From assembly GCA_026396845.1 (NCBI GenBank), contig JAPLWC010000001.1, forward strand, positions 11,932-47,809: a DNA stretch of 35,878 nt, given 5' to 3'. Origin of the DNA: Candidatus Gottesmanbacteria bacterium. GTDB lineage: Bacteria > Patescibacteriota > Microgenomatia > UBA10105 > UBA927. The notes beneath the pieces were generated by a model that was not told the DNA's origin, did not search any database, and saw nothing but the letters and a program-made list of their open reading frames with translations. Of this stretch, positions 9,237 to 16,921 are shown in pieces (position 1 is the stretch's first letter; each line of letters starts with the position of its first letter). Both the position numbers and the translations under genes were made by a program.

Positions 9237-9798
9237 TAAAAAGAGGTTCCCGTTTATAGCTGTTCGTTCTTCGGCTACGGCCGAGGATCTGGCCGGTGCT
9301 TCTTTTGCCGGCCAGTTTGAAAGCTACCTGAATATTCCCCGAGCCAGACTTTTTGATTATATCAAAACCTGTTGGGCCTCTCTTTATGAGGAGAGAGTGC
9401 TTCCTTATACCTTATATCATAAGGTTCCCATGCACAGGATTAAAATGGCGGTTCTGGTTCAAGAAATGATTAAGGCGGAAAAAGGCGGGGTTATCTTCAC
9501 CAAGGACGTTTTAAGGGATAATGAAAGGGTGATGGTTATTGAAGCGGTCAATGGTTTGGGAGAAAAGGTTGTTTCCGGAACAAGCGAACCGGACCGTTAT
9601 CTGGTCGAAAAACAAGATTTAAAAACTATTGGCCAAAAACTTAAAGGCAAAAAAGCGGTTCTTTCCCAAGAAGAGATTTTTTCCTTAACTTCTTTAGGCC
9701 TTCTGGTTGAGAACTATTATCATTCTTTTCAAGATATCGAATGGGTGATTAAAAACGGTAAAGTTTTCCTTCTCCAAGCTAGACCCATTACGACCTAG
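9118..9798 (+). pseudogene. Canonical PPDK_N (PEP/pyruvate-binding ATP-grasp) lacking its N-terminal part
   Basis: AVRSSATAEDLAGASFAGQFESYLN, MAVLVQEM, GLGEKVVSG, QDIEW, LQARPIT; no GGK or VPxGF N-terminal motifs; overlaps the upstream ORF in the +1 frame. Confidence 0.65.
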
Positions 9799-9848
9799 GC
9801 CATTCTGTGGCACCAGGATTCACGAGTGAAACGTGGTAAAATGGCCCC

Positions 9849-10892
9849 ATGATCCTTACTGACTTGACACTTGCCAACTTTCGCAGCTACACGAAGCGCA
9901 CGTTTGCCTTTGACAAGGCGACCACGCTTATCGTGGGCCCGAATACCGCAGGCAAAACGAACATTCTTGAGGCCATTATGCTCAGTGCCACAGGGAAAAG
10001 TTTTAGGGCGGATGTCGACGCGGAGATGGTGCGGTGGGGTGCCGAGGTCGGAAGAGCGAAGGCAACAACAGGGGAGACAAAGCTTGAGGTGGTTGTGACC
10101 ACAGGGTCAGTCGCCGGCCGGAAAACTCAGTCAAAAAAGTTTTTTGTCAACGGTGTAGCGCGACGGCAGGTAGATTTTATCGGGAATCTGAGGGCCGTTT
10201 TGTTTTGGCCGGAACATCTGGAGCTGATTACCGACAGCCCGTCTCTCCGGCGGAAATACTTAGACGGGGTACTCGTGCAGGTTGATCGGGAATATCGGAG
10301 AACTTTACTGTCCTATGAGCGGGGACTGCGGCAGCGAAACCGGCTTCTGGATTTGATCAACGAAGGGAAAGCACATCATCATCAACTTCAATTTTGGGAT
10401 CAATTGCTTATCAAAGCCGGAGGATATTTGACGGATAAACGGGCAGCATTCATTGATTTTATAAACACGTATCATATGCCCGGTGTTACGTATCGTGTGG
10501 AATACGATAAGAGTGTGATCTCAGAGTCACGGTTAAAACAGTATGTAGACGAAGAGGTCGCGGCTAAATCGACGTTAGTTGGGCCTCACCGCGATGATTT
10601 TCTCGTTACGAAGAAGGATCTTGATGTAAGTAAATACGGGAGCCGCGGAGAGCAGAGACTTGCGATATTATGGCTGAAACTGGCGGAATTGGCATTTATT
10701 GAGCGTGAAACACGAGAACGACCGCTTTTGATTCTTGATGATATTTTTTCCGAGCTCGACATTGAACACCGGACGCTTGTTCTTGACCTTCTCGGTAAAC
10801 AGCAGACGATCGTAAGTTCTGCGGAGGAAGAAGTCGTTGAGCTTTTGGCAACGCACAAGATTTCGGCTAAAATTATCCGGTTGAGCGTGTAA
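9849..10892 (+). CDS. recF: DNA replication/repair protein RecF
   Basis: NFRSY, GPNTAGKTNILEA, GPHRDD, GSRGEQR, LILDDIFSELD. Confidence 0.95.
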   Translation: MILTDLTLANFRSYTKRTFAFDKATTLIVGPNTAGKTNILEAIMLSATGKSFRADVDAEMVRWGAEVGRAKATTGETKLEVVVTTGSVAGRKTQSKKFFVNGVARRQVDFIGNLRAVLFWPEHLELITDSPSLRRKYLDGVLVQVDREYRRTLLSYERGLRQRNRLLDLINEGKAHHHQLQFWDQLLIKAGGYLTDKRAAFIDFINTYHMPGVTYRVEYDKSVISESRLKQYVDEEVAAKSTLVGPHRDDFLVTKKDLDVSKYGSRGEQRLAILWLKLAELAFIERETRERPLLILDDIFSELDIEHRTLVLDLLGKQQTIVSSAEEEVVELLATHKISAKIIRLSV

Positions 10893-10909
10893 TTGTGTAC
10901 AATATGAGT

Positions 10910-11719
10910 ATGGAATCCGTGACAATCGATGATGTTAAAAAAATACGTTTGCCGCAGCGTGGTTCGCACAAAGGCCAAAACGGCAGGCTTCTTGTCATCG
11001 GCGGATCACATTTGTTTCATGCCGCCAGCCTCTGGGCGCTCACCGTGGCCTCACGGATTGTAGACCTCGCCCATTATTCCTCGGTGCCGGAAAACAACGC
11101 GATCGTGCACGAAGAAAAAAAGGAATTCAGAAACGGCATTGTCGTGCCGCGGGGAGAGCTTGGCCCATACATCGAAGAAGACGATTGTATTCTTATCGGT
11201 CCCGGTATGACCAGAGACGCGGAAACGGAAACGATTACCAATACGCTACTCACTAAATATCCGGATAAACAATGGGTCATTGATGCGGGAAGCTTGCAGA
11301 TGATGGATTGTACGAAAATTCCGAAACACGCTATCCTGACGCCGCATCATGCGGAGTTTGCTCATGCATTCGGGAGTGTTGATGTTGCTGATGTTGCACA
11401 AAAATATCAGTGTATTGTGCTTTTGAAAGGGGAGAAAGATATTGCGTGTGGAATTGACAGCTCCGACGCTGCGGCCGGAGTGCAATGCAGGAGCATTGCA
11501 GGCGGAAACCCCGGGATGACCAAAGGCGGCACCGGTGACGTATTAGCCGGACTGATTGCGGCATTAGCCTGCAAAAACGATCCGTTCTTGGCAACGATTG
11601 CAGGAAGTTTTATCAACAAAAGAGCCGGAGACGAACTCTACAAAAAAGTCGGCCCGTACTTTAATGCCACGGATTTAGCGAATGAGATTCCAGTGGTAAT
11701 GAAGGAGCTTCTCTTCTAG
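10910..11719 (+). CDS. nnrD: ADP-dependent NAD(P)H-hydrate dehydratase
   Basis: SHKGQNGRLLVIGGS, IGPG, VIDA, ILTPHHAEF, LLKG, GGTGDVLAG; start chosen 6 nt after TACAAT. Confidence 0.9.
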   Translation: MESVTIDDVKKIRLPQRGSHKGQNGRLLVIGGSHLFHAASLWALTVASRIVDLAHYSSVPENNAIVHEEKKEFRNGIVVPRGELGPYIEEDDCILIGPGMTRDAETETITNTLLTKYPDKQWVIDAGSLQMMDCTKIPKHAILTPHHAEFAHAFGSVDVADVAQKYQCIVLLKGEKDIACGIDSSDAAAGVQCRSIAGGNPGMTKGGTGDVLAGLIAALACKNDPFLATIAGSFINKRAGDELYKKVGPYFNATDLANEIPVVMKELLF

Positions 11720-11967
11720 TTTTTATACACGCTCCCGCGATAGTCGATAGTCTCAATTTGAATAATTTGGTCGACAGGATCAAATGTATAGACAATGCGA
11801 AGCGGCCAGGCTTTCACACTTCGAAAACCCTTCAATTTACCTACCAGCATTTTTCCTTGAAATGGATCCGAGAGAAGGCTGTATATTTTCCTTTTTGCTT
11901 TAATTTTATCGGTACCACCAATCCGTTTGAGGCGTTTCACTGCCTCGTCTTTCAAGACGAGTTTCAT
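11716..11967 (-). CDS. RelE/ParE-family toxin
   Basis: 83 aa, basic; DPFQGKML.GKLKGFRS, LRIVY, IDYRGSVYK; follows a Phd gene. Confidence 0.85.
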   Translation of the reverse strand: MKLVLKDEAVKRLKRIGGTDKIKAKRKIYSLLSDPFQGKMLVGKLKGFRSVKAWPLRIVYTFDPVDQIIQIETIDYRGSVYKN

Positions 11968-11976
11968 ATAATAATA

Positions 11977-12246
11977 TTACCACCTCAGGATTTTTTTTGC
12001 TTCTGCCTCCGTGTATACCTTTTTCGATTTTTGGGCACGTTTAATACTCGCCATAAGAGGTTTGTTAGCCATAATTTCCAATGTTTCCTGCAATCCCTCA
12101 AATTCAGCTACAGACATCATAATAACCGGTTTTCCACTGCGGCGGACAATAGTGAACTGCCGCATGTTTACCCCGGCTTCCTCGACCATTTGATAAAAAT
12201 TGGCGCGGGCTTCGTTGGCAGGCATGGCGGACGGTAAGTGTTTCAT
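11977..12246 (-). CDS. Phd/YefM-family antitoxin
   Basis: ANEARANFYQMV, IVRRSGKPVIMMSVAEFEGLQETLEI. Confidence 0.9.
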   Translation of the reverse strand: MKHLPSAMPANEARANFYQMVEEAGVNMRQFTIVRRSGKPVIMMSVAEFEGLQETLEIMANKPLMASIKRAQKSKKVYTEAEAKKILRW

Positions 12247-12254
12247 ATGAGGGA

Positions 12255-12283
12255 ATAGTACCACTAGTGGTACATGTTGTCAA
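12255..12283 (-). promoter_or_regulatory. TA promoter with overlapping palindromic operator
   Basis: TTGACA-N17-TACTAT; perfect 16-bp palindrome GTACCACTAGTGGTAC at 12258-12273 covers the spacer and part of the -10. Confidence 0.75.
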
Positions 12284-12287
12284 CCAC

Positions 12288-13250
12288 CTAAAGTGCCCCA
12301 CCCTTGAAGTTCGGACAATTGGCCTTGTACCATGTCATCGCCTCAGCTGAACACTCCGGTTTTGCATCCGGCCCCGGCATGCAATCAACCCATCCTGTCG
12401 GCGGGCAGGTATACGATTTCGTTTCGAGAGGCAGACACGGAGCACACGCACCGATATTCGGCAGTGAGCACGCTTTTGGCAGCTGAGCGGTATAATCTTT
12501 TCCTTGTTCATACGCTACCCATCCGTTTTTCCCGATTTGTGACGCATCAATCATGGTTGGGCACGAACAACACTGTGTTACCTGGATCCCAAGCACCTGT
12601 TGCGATGATGTTGTATCCGTAAATTTAAACGTGGAGAGGATTTGGTCAAAGACTTGAGCAAGACTTGGATCATCGGTGCCCAATTGGAATAAGAATCGCT
12701 TTCCATTATGATCAGCTATAACTTGAATTACTTTTGGTGATTTAAGGATAATCGATTTTTCACCGTCAAGAGTTGAATTCAATTTTTCCGGTATTGGTTC
12801 GATATGACCGGGTTGAGTAAGCCTGATATTTGCATCTTGATCCAGACTATTTGAAATTACAAAGGTCGACAAAGCGAAATTAGCGACGAGGCCTTCAACC
12901 ATAGGAGCTTGTGGAGACGGATTATCTACAGGATAGGATATCCATGATTCATAACCACTTCCGCCAATATCACTCTTTTCTTCGTGAGGGTACCACTTTG
13001 GCGGTAAAGCAAGAGAGAAACCCATTTTGGGGAATATGTGGCGTTCCCATTGTGCGGTTGGGTCGCCCGCCTCCGCTGACGGCGTGGGCGAGACAAGGGG
13101 AGTTGGGGAAGCGCCGAAATACGGCATCGTTTTGTAGATCACCAGGCCAACGAGAATACCGATCAAAAATAAAAGAATTCCAATGAACACACCCGATTGT
13201 TTCTTTGGCTGGGGAGGGGTTTGCGGTGTAGGTTGAGTTATTTCCTCCAT
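12288..13250 (-). CDS. Membrane-anchored protein: Pro-rich N-terminus, TM, PsbP-like domain, Cys-rich C-terminal module
   Basis: Single TM, P/T linker, W...GFSLALPPKW...DQILSTFKF, then a 10-Cys tail. Confidence 0.7.
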   Translation of the reverse strand: MEEITQPTPQTPPQPKKQSGVFIGILLFLIGILVGLVIYKTMPYFGASPTPLVSPTPSAEAGDPTAQWERHIFPKMGFSLALPPKWYPHEEKSDIGGSGYESWISYPVDNPSPQAPMVEGLVANFALSTFVISNSLDQDANIRLTQPGHIEPIPEKLNSTLDGEKSIILKSPKVIQVIADHNGKRFLFQLGTDDPSLAQVFDQILSTFKFTDTTSSQQVLGIQVTQCCSCPTMIDASQIGKNGWVAYEQGKDYTAQLPKACSLPNIGACAPCLPLETKSYTCPPTGWVDCMPGPDAKPECSAEAMTWYKANCPNFKGGAL

Positions 13251-13252
13251 AA

Positions 13253-14317
13253 TTATTGAGTAAATTGAAGAGTACTAAGCATGGTGTTGCAGGTAGTTAC
13301 GTAATCTGGGGTCCAATTGTGGACACATTCGAAAACGTACACCTTACTATTATGCTCGAAATAGACATTGGTTTGATAGCGGTCTAGCGTTTGCTGGGTT
13401 TTAGTCGGTGGATCCATGCGATACGCAGGAATACTGCCGTCAACCATAAAATTTTTGGGTTGTGTTTGCGCGTTACCGGTATTATCCCAATTAGATTTAA
13501 TGTCCAATTGAATTGGAACAATCGTCGGGGATGATTTTTTCCAAAATCTGATGAGAGATGTGGAGTCTTGGGGATAATCAGTGACACTGGATTGCCAATC
13601 ATCCGGCGTATACACCGTTAAGCCGTATGTATTGAACGTATGCAGTATCCAGTTTGCGGGAACCGCAGGTGTCGGTGATACTGTCGGAGACTGTTCTATA
13701 AATGTAAACGTGGAGAGGATTTGGTTAATTATTGAGGCATCAGCAGGTGGGAACAAGGCCTCGATGCGGTAAAACGGAGTAAAGTCGGGAAACTTGATGA
13801 TTATTTCTGTCATTGGTACTCTCTGATTTGAAACGGTATAGGTTTCCTTAACGGCATTTTTACCTGATATTATCGTCTGTTCAGTTTTGAGTAATGCTCC
13901 GACACCTGATGATTCAAAAGTAACCCCTGTAATGATTTTTAGATAGCCGTTATCCATTGTGAAATTGACCGAATCAGATGTTTTACTTCCATAGTATGGA
14001 GCTTGCATAATTTTATTATGTTCTTCTTGAACACTCCAACCTTCAGGATACTGGAGTGAAAATCCATATTGAGTGTTTTGATAAATCTTCCAATCTGCCG
14101 TTGGATTGGGGGTAGGGGTTGGGGTAGGGAGGGGCGTGGGGGTTAGGGTAGCGGTCAGATACGGAATGCGGAGAGTGGAGAGAAAAGTTGTTTTACCAAG
14201 TGCCAGACCGACGATGATGCCGAGGATAAATACAAGAATACCAATGAAAATGCCTGAATTATTTTTTGGCGCATCAGGCTGTGGCGTTGAGACGGCCGGC
14301 GGCATGTCTTGTTCCAT
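13253..14317 (-). CDS. Membrane-anchored protein with two PsbP-like domains
   Basis: TM, PT linker, WKIYQNTQYGFSLQYPEGW...QILSTFTF, second domain ending TMLSTLQF. Confidence 0.7.
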   Translation of the reverse strand: MEQDMPPAVSTPQPDAPKNNSGIFIGILVFILGIIVGLALGKTTFLSTLRIPYLTATLTPTPLPTPTPTPNPTADWKIYQNTQYGFSLQYPEGWSVQEEHNKIMQAPYYGSKTSDSVNFTMDNGYLKIITGVTFESSGVGALLKTEQTIISGKNAVKETYTVSNQRVPMTEIIIKFPDFTPFYRIEALFPPADASIINQILSTFTFIEQSPTVSPTPAVPANWILHTFNTYGLTVYTPDDWQSSVTDYPQDSTSLIRFWKKSSPTIVPIQLDIKSNWDNTGNAQTQPKNFMVDGSIPAYRMDPPTKTQQTLDRYQTNVYFEHNSKVYVFECVHNWTPDYVTTCNTMLSTLQFTQ

Positions 14318-14361
14318 TGTTTTAAGTATACATGAGGGGTGTTCGATGATACAATACAGGC

Positions 14362-14619
14362 ATGCTTAATTGGTCGACCGATGAGGTTAGATTTAAGAAA
14401 GAAAGCCCGAAAGAATATAAGCTCTGGAGGCTCACCCAGCTTATTAATTACGGTTTGGATAAAGGGGAAAAACTAGATAGAGAAGAAGTCAAAAAATCCT
14501 GGCCAAAGATAGAGGATAGGCTTGATCCCTATAAAAAACGTGCTCTTGAGTACTTATTATGGGAAAAACAATACTCACTTCCAAGCAACTTGAGTTTTTG
14601 GAATTTGCCCAAGGGGTAG
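14362..14619 (+). CDS. Putative antitoxin partner of the AbiEii-type nucleotidyltransferase
   Basis: 85 aa, leaderless start 6 nt after TGaTACAAT, overlaps the downstream NTase gene. Confidence 0.6.
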   Translation: MLNWSTDEVRFKKESPKEYKLWRLTQLINYGLDKGEKLDREEVKKSWPKIEDRLDPYKKRALEYLLWEKQYSLPSNLSFWNLPKG

Positions 14620-15230
14620 ACCAAATAACGAAACGGTTTTATTTAACCGGCGGCACGGCGCTTTCCGAGTTTTATCTCCATCATCGATATTCGGAGGATA
14701 TAGACCTTTTCAATGAACACGAGGAAGTGAATTATTCTCTCACGAGCGCATTTTTAAAACAGATTTCTCCAAAACTCGGAATCACTGCGATAAAAAGAAG
14801 CCAATTTTTTGGCCTTGTGAGTTATACATTGATGTATGCGGACAAAAACGAACTTAAAGTCGATTTTAATTATTACCCTTTTCCGAGAATTGAGAAGGGA
14901 ACCAAATTCGGACGGTTGGAGGTAGACAGTCTTCTGGATATTGCGACAAATAAAATCCACACGCTATTCATGAAACCGCGCACCAGAGATTATATAGACT
15001 TATATTTTATCTTACGGGAGGGAAAATTTGATCTCACAAAGTTAATTCTACTGGCGAAAGCCAAGTTTGATTGGCATATAGACAGAATGAATCTGGCGAA
15101 CCAGTTTATACGGGTGAAAGACATAAGAAGAGAGGATTACCCCAAAGTTTTATTGCCTTTTGATTCAGTTGAAATGGAGGAGTTTTTTCTAAAACTGGCC
15201 AAAAGTCTTGAGAAAGAGATATTTAAATAA
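14559..15230 (+). CDS. AbiEii/AbiGii-family nucleotidyltransferase toxin
   Basis: FYLTGGTAL, HRYSEDIDLF, ATNKI, RTRDYIDL. Confidence 0.85.
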   Translation: MGKTILTSKQLEFLEFAQGVDQITKRFYLTGGTALSEFYLHHRYSEDIDLFNEHEEVNYSLTSAFLKQISPKLGITAIKRSQFFGLVSYTLMYADKNELKVDFNYYPFPRIEKGTKFGRLEVDSLLDIATNKIHTLFMKPRTRDYIDLYFILREGKFDLTKLILLAKAKFDWHIDRMNLANQFIRVKDIRREDYPKVLLPFDSVEMEEFFLKLAKSLEKEIFK

Positions 15231-15232
15231 AG

Positions 15233-16402
15233 TTACTGCCTCACAAACCTAAATGTGGAGAGGAGTTGGGTAAAAGTTAATTTGTTTTGTTGGTATGTAG
15301 CATTATCAGACTGCATGCTTAGTGTATATAGCCATTCATTTTGATAATCAAAAGTATAGCCAATGTAGTGGATGTCTTGCATCCCGCGGCGTGTATCATC
15401 CGGTGTAGTTACTTCTTCAGTCTGAAGGGCAGAAATTTGGTCTACCCCTATGGTAGACGGTGTTCCCTTTATGAATTTTTGAATATAGTTTGTGTCCTTT
15501 GGATGGTGCTGCACCTGTATATTCACTAAACCCAAACGGGCGTGTACGTTTTCGGTGGGAAATACAATTTTGTGTGTGTCCAAAAACACCATTTTTGATG
15601 TATTGTTGTCATATTTTAGTGTGTCAAATTCCCAGACGGAGGGGTATTTAAATAGAAAATTGTAGTCATTGTCCGTATATGTTTTCCAATTTGAGGTATC
15701 AGTTGTTTGATCTAAAAACCTAAATGTGGAGAGGATTTGGTCCGCCTCTTTGAAAGAAGGTAAACTTTGAGTTTCTAAAAGCCATAATTTACCTTTGTAA
15801 ACGAAAAATATTCCTTTGACAGCGTTGACAGTCTCGCCATACGTTGATCTCGCTTCGATACTTGGTATACCCTGATATGTTCCTTGGGTTGTTTTGAAAG
15901 CTTTTGTGGTATATCGACCACCAAAGGTATCAGCACTAGCATCGGCAGCCGTCTGGAATTCTTTAAAGCATATTTCCAAATTTGTGCAAGAGTTAAGTAC
16001 CTGAACCGAAAAACTGGAATTATTTTTACTCCAATACATTCGGTCCAGTTCTTGCAACTCTTCATCAGTATAACCGCCTGCAGGATTGCCCCTTTCAGGT
16101 TCCCACCCAGGCGGAATTTTGACAGAATACATATTTTTAGTATTGATATACGTTTTCCAATTTGTTGTATTTAGCTGTTCTGGGGTTTGGGTGGGGATAG
16201 GGATTGATGTTTGGGTTGGTTTTGCGCCGAGATACGGGATGCGGAGGGCGGAGAGAAGCGGCGTTTTATCGATCATTAAGCCGATGATTATGCCGAATAT
16301 CAGAAGTAAAATACCGATTAATATGCCTGAATTTTTCTTTGGCGATGGGGGAACCGGCTGGGGGACCGGAGGAATGGGCGGTTGGACGACGGGAGTATCC
16401 AT
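15233..16402 (-). CDS. Membrane-anchored protein with two PsbP-like domains
   Basis: TM, NWKTY...IPPGW...DQILSTFRF, then NWKTY...FKYPSVW...QLLSTFRF. Confidence 0.7.
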   Translation of the reverse strand: MDTPVVQPPIPPVPQPVPPSPKKNSGILIGILLLIFGIIIGLMIDKTPLLSALRIPYLGAKPTQTSIPIPTQTPEQLNTTNWKTYINTKNMYSVKIPPGWEPERGNPAGGYTDEELQELDRMYWSKNNSSFSVQVLNSCTNLEICFKEFQTAADASADTFGGRYTTKAFKTTQGTYQGIPSIEARSTYGETVNAVKGIFFVYKGKLWLLETQSLPSFKEADQILSTFRFLDQTTDTSNWKTYTDNDYNFLFKYPSVWEFDTLKYDNNTSKMVFLDTHKIVFPTENVHARLGLVNIQVQHHPKDTNYIQKFIKGTPSTIGVDQISALQTEEVTTPDDTRRGMQDIHYIGYTFDYQNEWLYTLSMQSDNATYQQNKLTFTQLLSTFRFVRQ

Positions 16403-16409
16403 AGTTTTA

Positions 16410-16619
16410 TTATTTAAGTTTCGAAATATGTGCTTGTCTTAGTATACTTGTAAGTGTTTTCCGTTTCAAATCTTTATTGTGCATCGGCACGGTGACCCGC
16501 AACCTGAGCGTCGGGTGGAAAAGGTGGAGGTGGCTGCCTATCTGGCGAAGTTCGACAAAGCCCTGCTTTTTGAGGATTTTCACAATCTTCCTCGGTTTGT
16601 AGCTGGGCAGTTTGGACAT
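16410..16619 (-). CDS. hicA: HicA mRNA interferase toxin
   Basis: LKKQGF..LRQIGSH, VTVPMH, TLTSILRQA. Confidence 0.9.
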   Translation of the reverse strand: MSKLPSYKPRKIVKILKKQGFVELRQIGSHLHLFHPTLRLRVTVPMHNKDLKRKTLTSILRQAHISKLK

Positions 16620-16628
16620 ACAAAACGG

Positions 16629-16904
16629 TTATATTCCGGCGAGTGCTCCTCCGCGCGGAAGCCTGATGTCAATCATTGCGCTAAATGAATGAGAATCCGG
16701 CTCGGGAATGGACTCTCCAGCTTCAGAGAGAAGCTCAAGGTAGCCCTTGATGGCGTCCTCTACGTTGGTCTTGGCTTCTTCAAACGTATCTCCTTCGGTG
16801 ACTACGCCGGGAAGTTTGGGTACAGTCACAGTAAAACCGCCCTCTTCACAGGGTTCGAATATAGCGCTATAACGAAGGATTTTTTCAACTATTTTCTGTT
16901 TCAT
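16629..16904 (-). CDS. hicB: HicB antitoxin, short form with no DNA-binding domain
   Basis: EEGGFTVTVPKLPGVVTEGDTFEEA. Confidence 0.9.
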   Translation of the reverse strand: MKQKIVEKILRYSAIFEPCEEGGFTVTVPKLPGVVTEGDTFEEAKTNVEDAIKGYLELLSEAGESIPEPDSHSFSAMIDIRLPRGGALAGI

Positions 16905-16921
16905 ATCATAGGAGTATTATA

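Larger units (their letters stand above)
12626..15741 (-). repeat. Four dispersed copies of a ~21-bp motif (CAAMTCCTCTCCACRTTTA on the coding strand) at 12626-12646, 13705-13725, 15250-15270 and 15721-15741
   Basis: Copies 1 and 2 are 21/21 identical; copies 3 and 4 share the 20-mer AAACCTAAATGTGGAGAGGA. Confidence 0.85.

Noticed and set aside
12394..12409. CCTGTCGGCGGGCAGG as a type A palindrome
   Set aside because: Only half-length and encodes TCPPTG within the Cys module, so probably coincidental
13064..13090. GC-rich hairpin encoding PTPSAEAGD
   Set aside because: Imperfect, lies in a Pro-rich linker, and has no clear match to the other elements
14100..14150. GGGGTA/GGGGTT tandem repeats
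   Set aside because: Simply the Pro-Thr linker codons
11716..16904. Integron cassette array, shufflon or DGR
   Set aside because: No attC-sized intergenic palindromes, integrase, invertase or reverse transcriptase; the motif copies are direct, not inverted; no TR/VR pair
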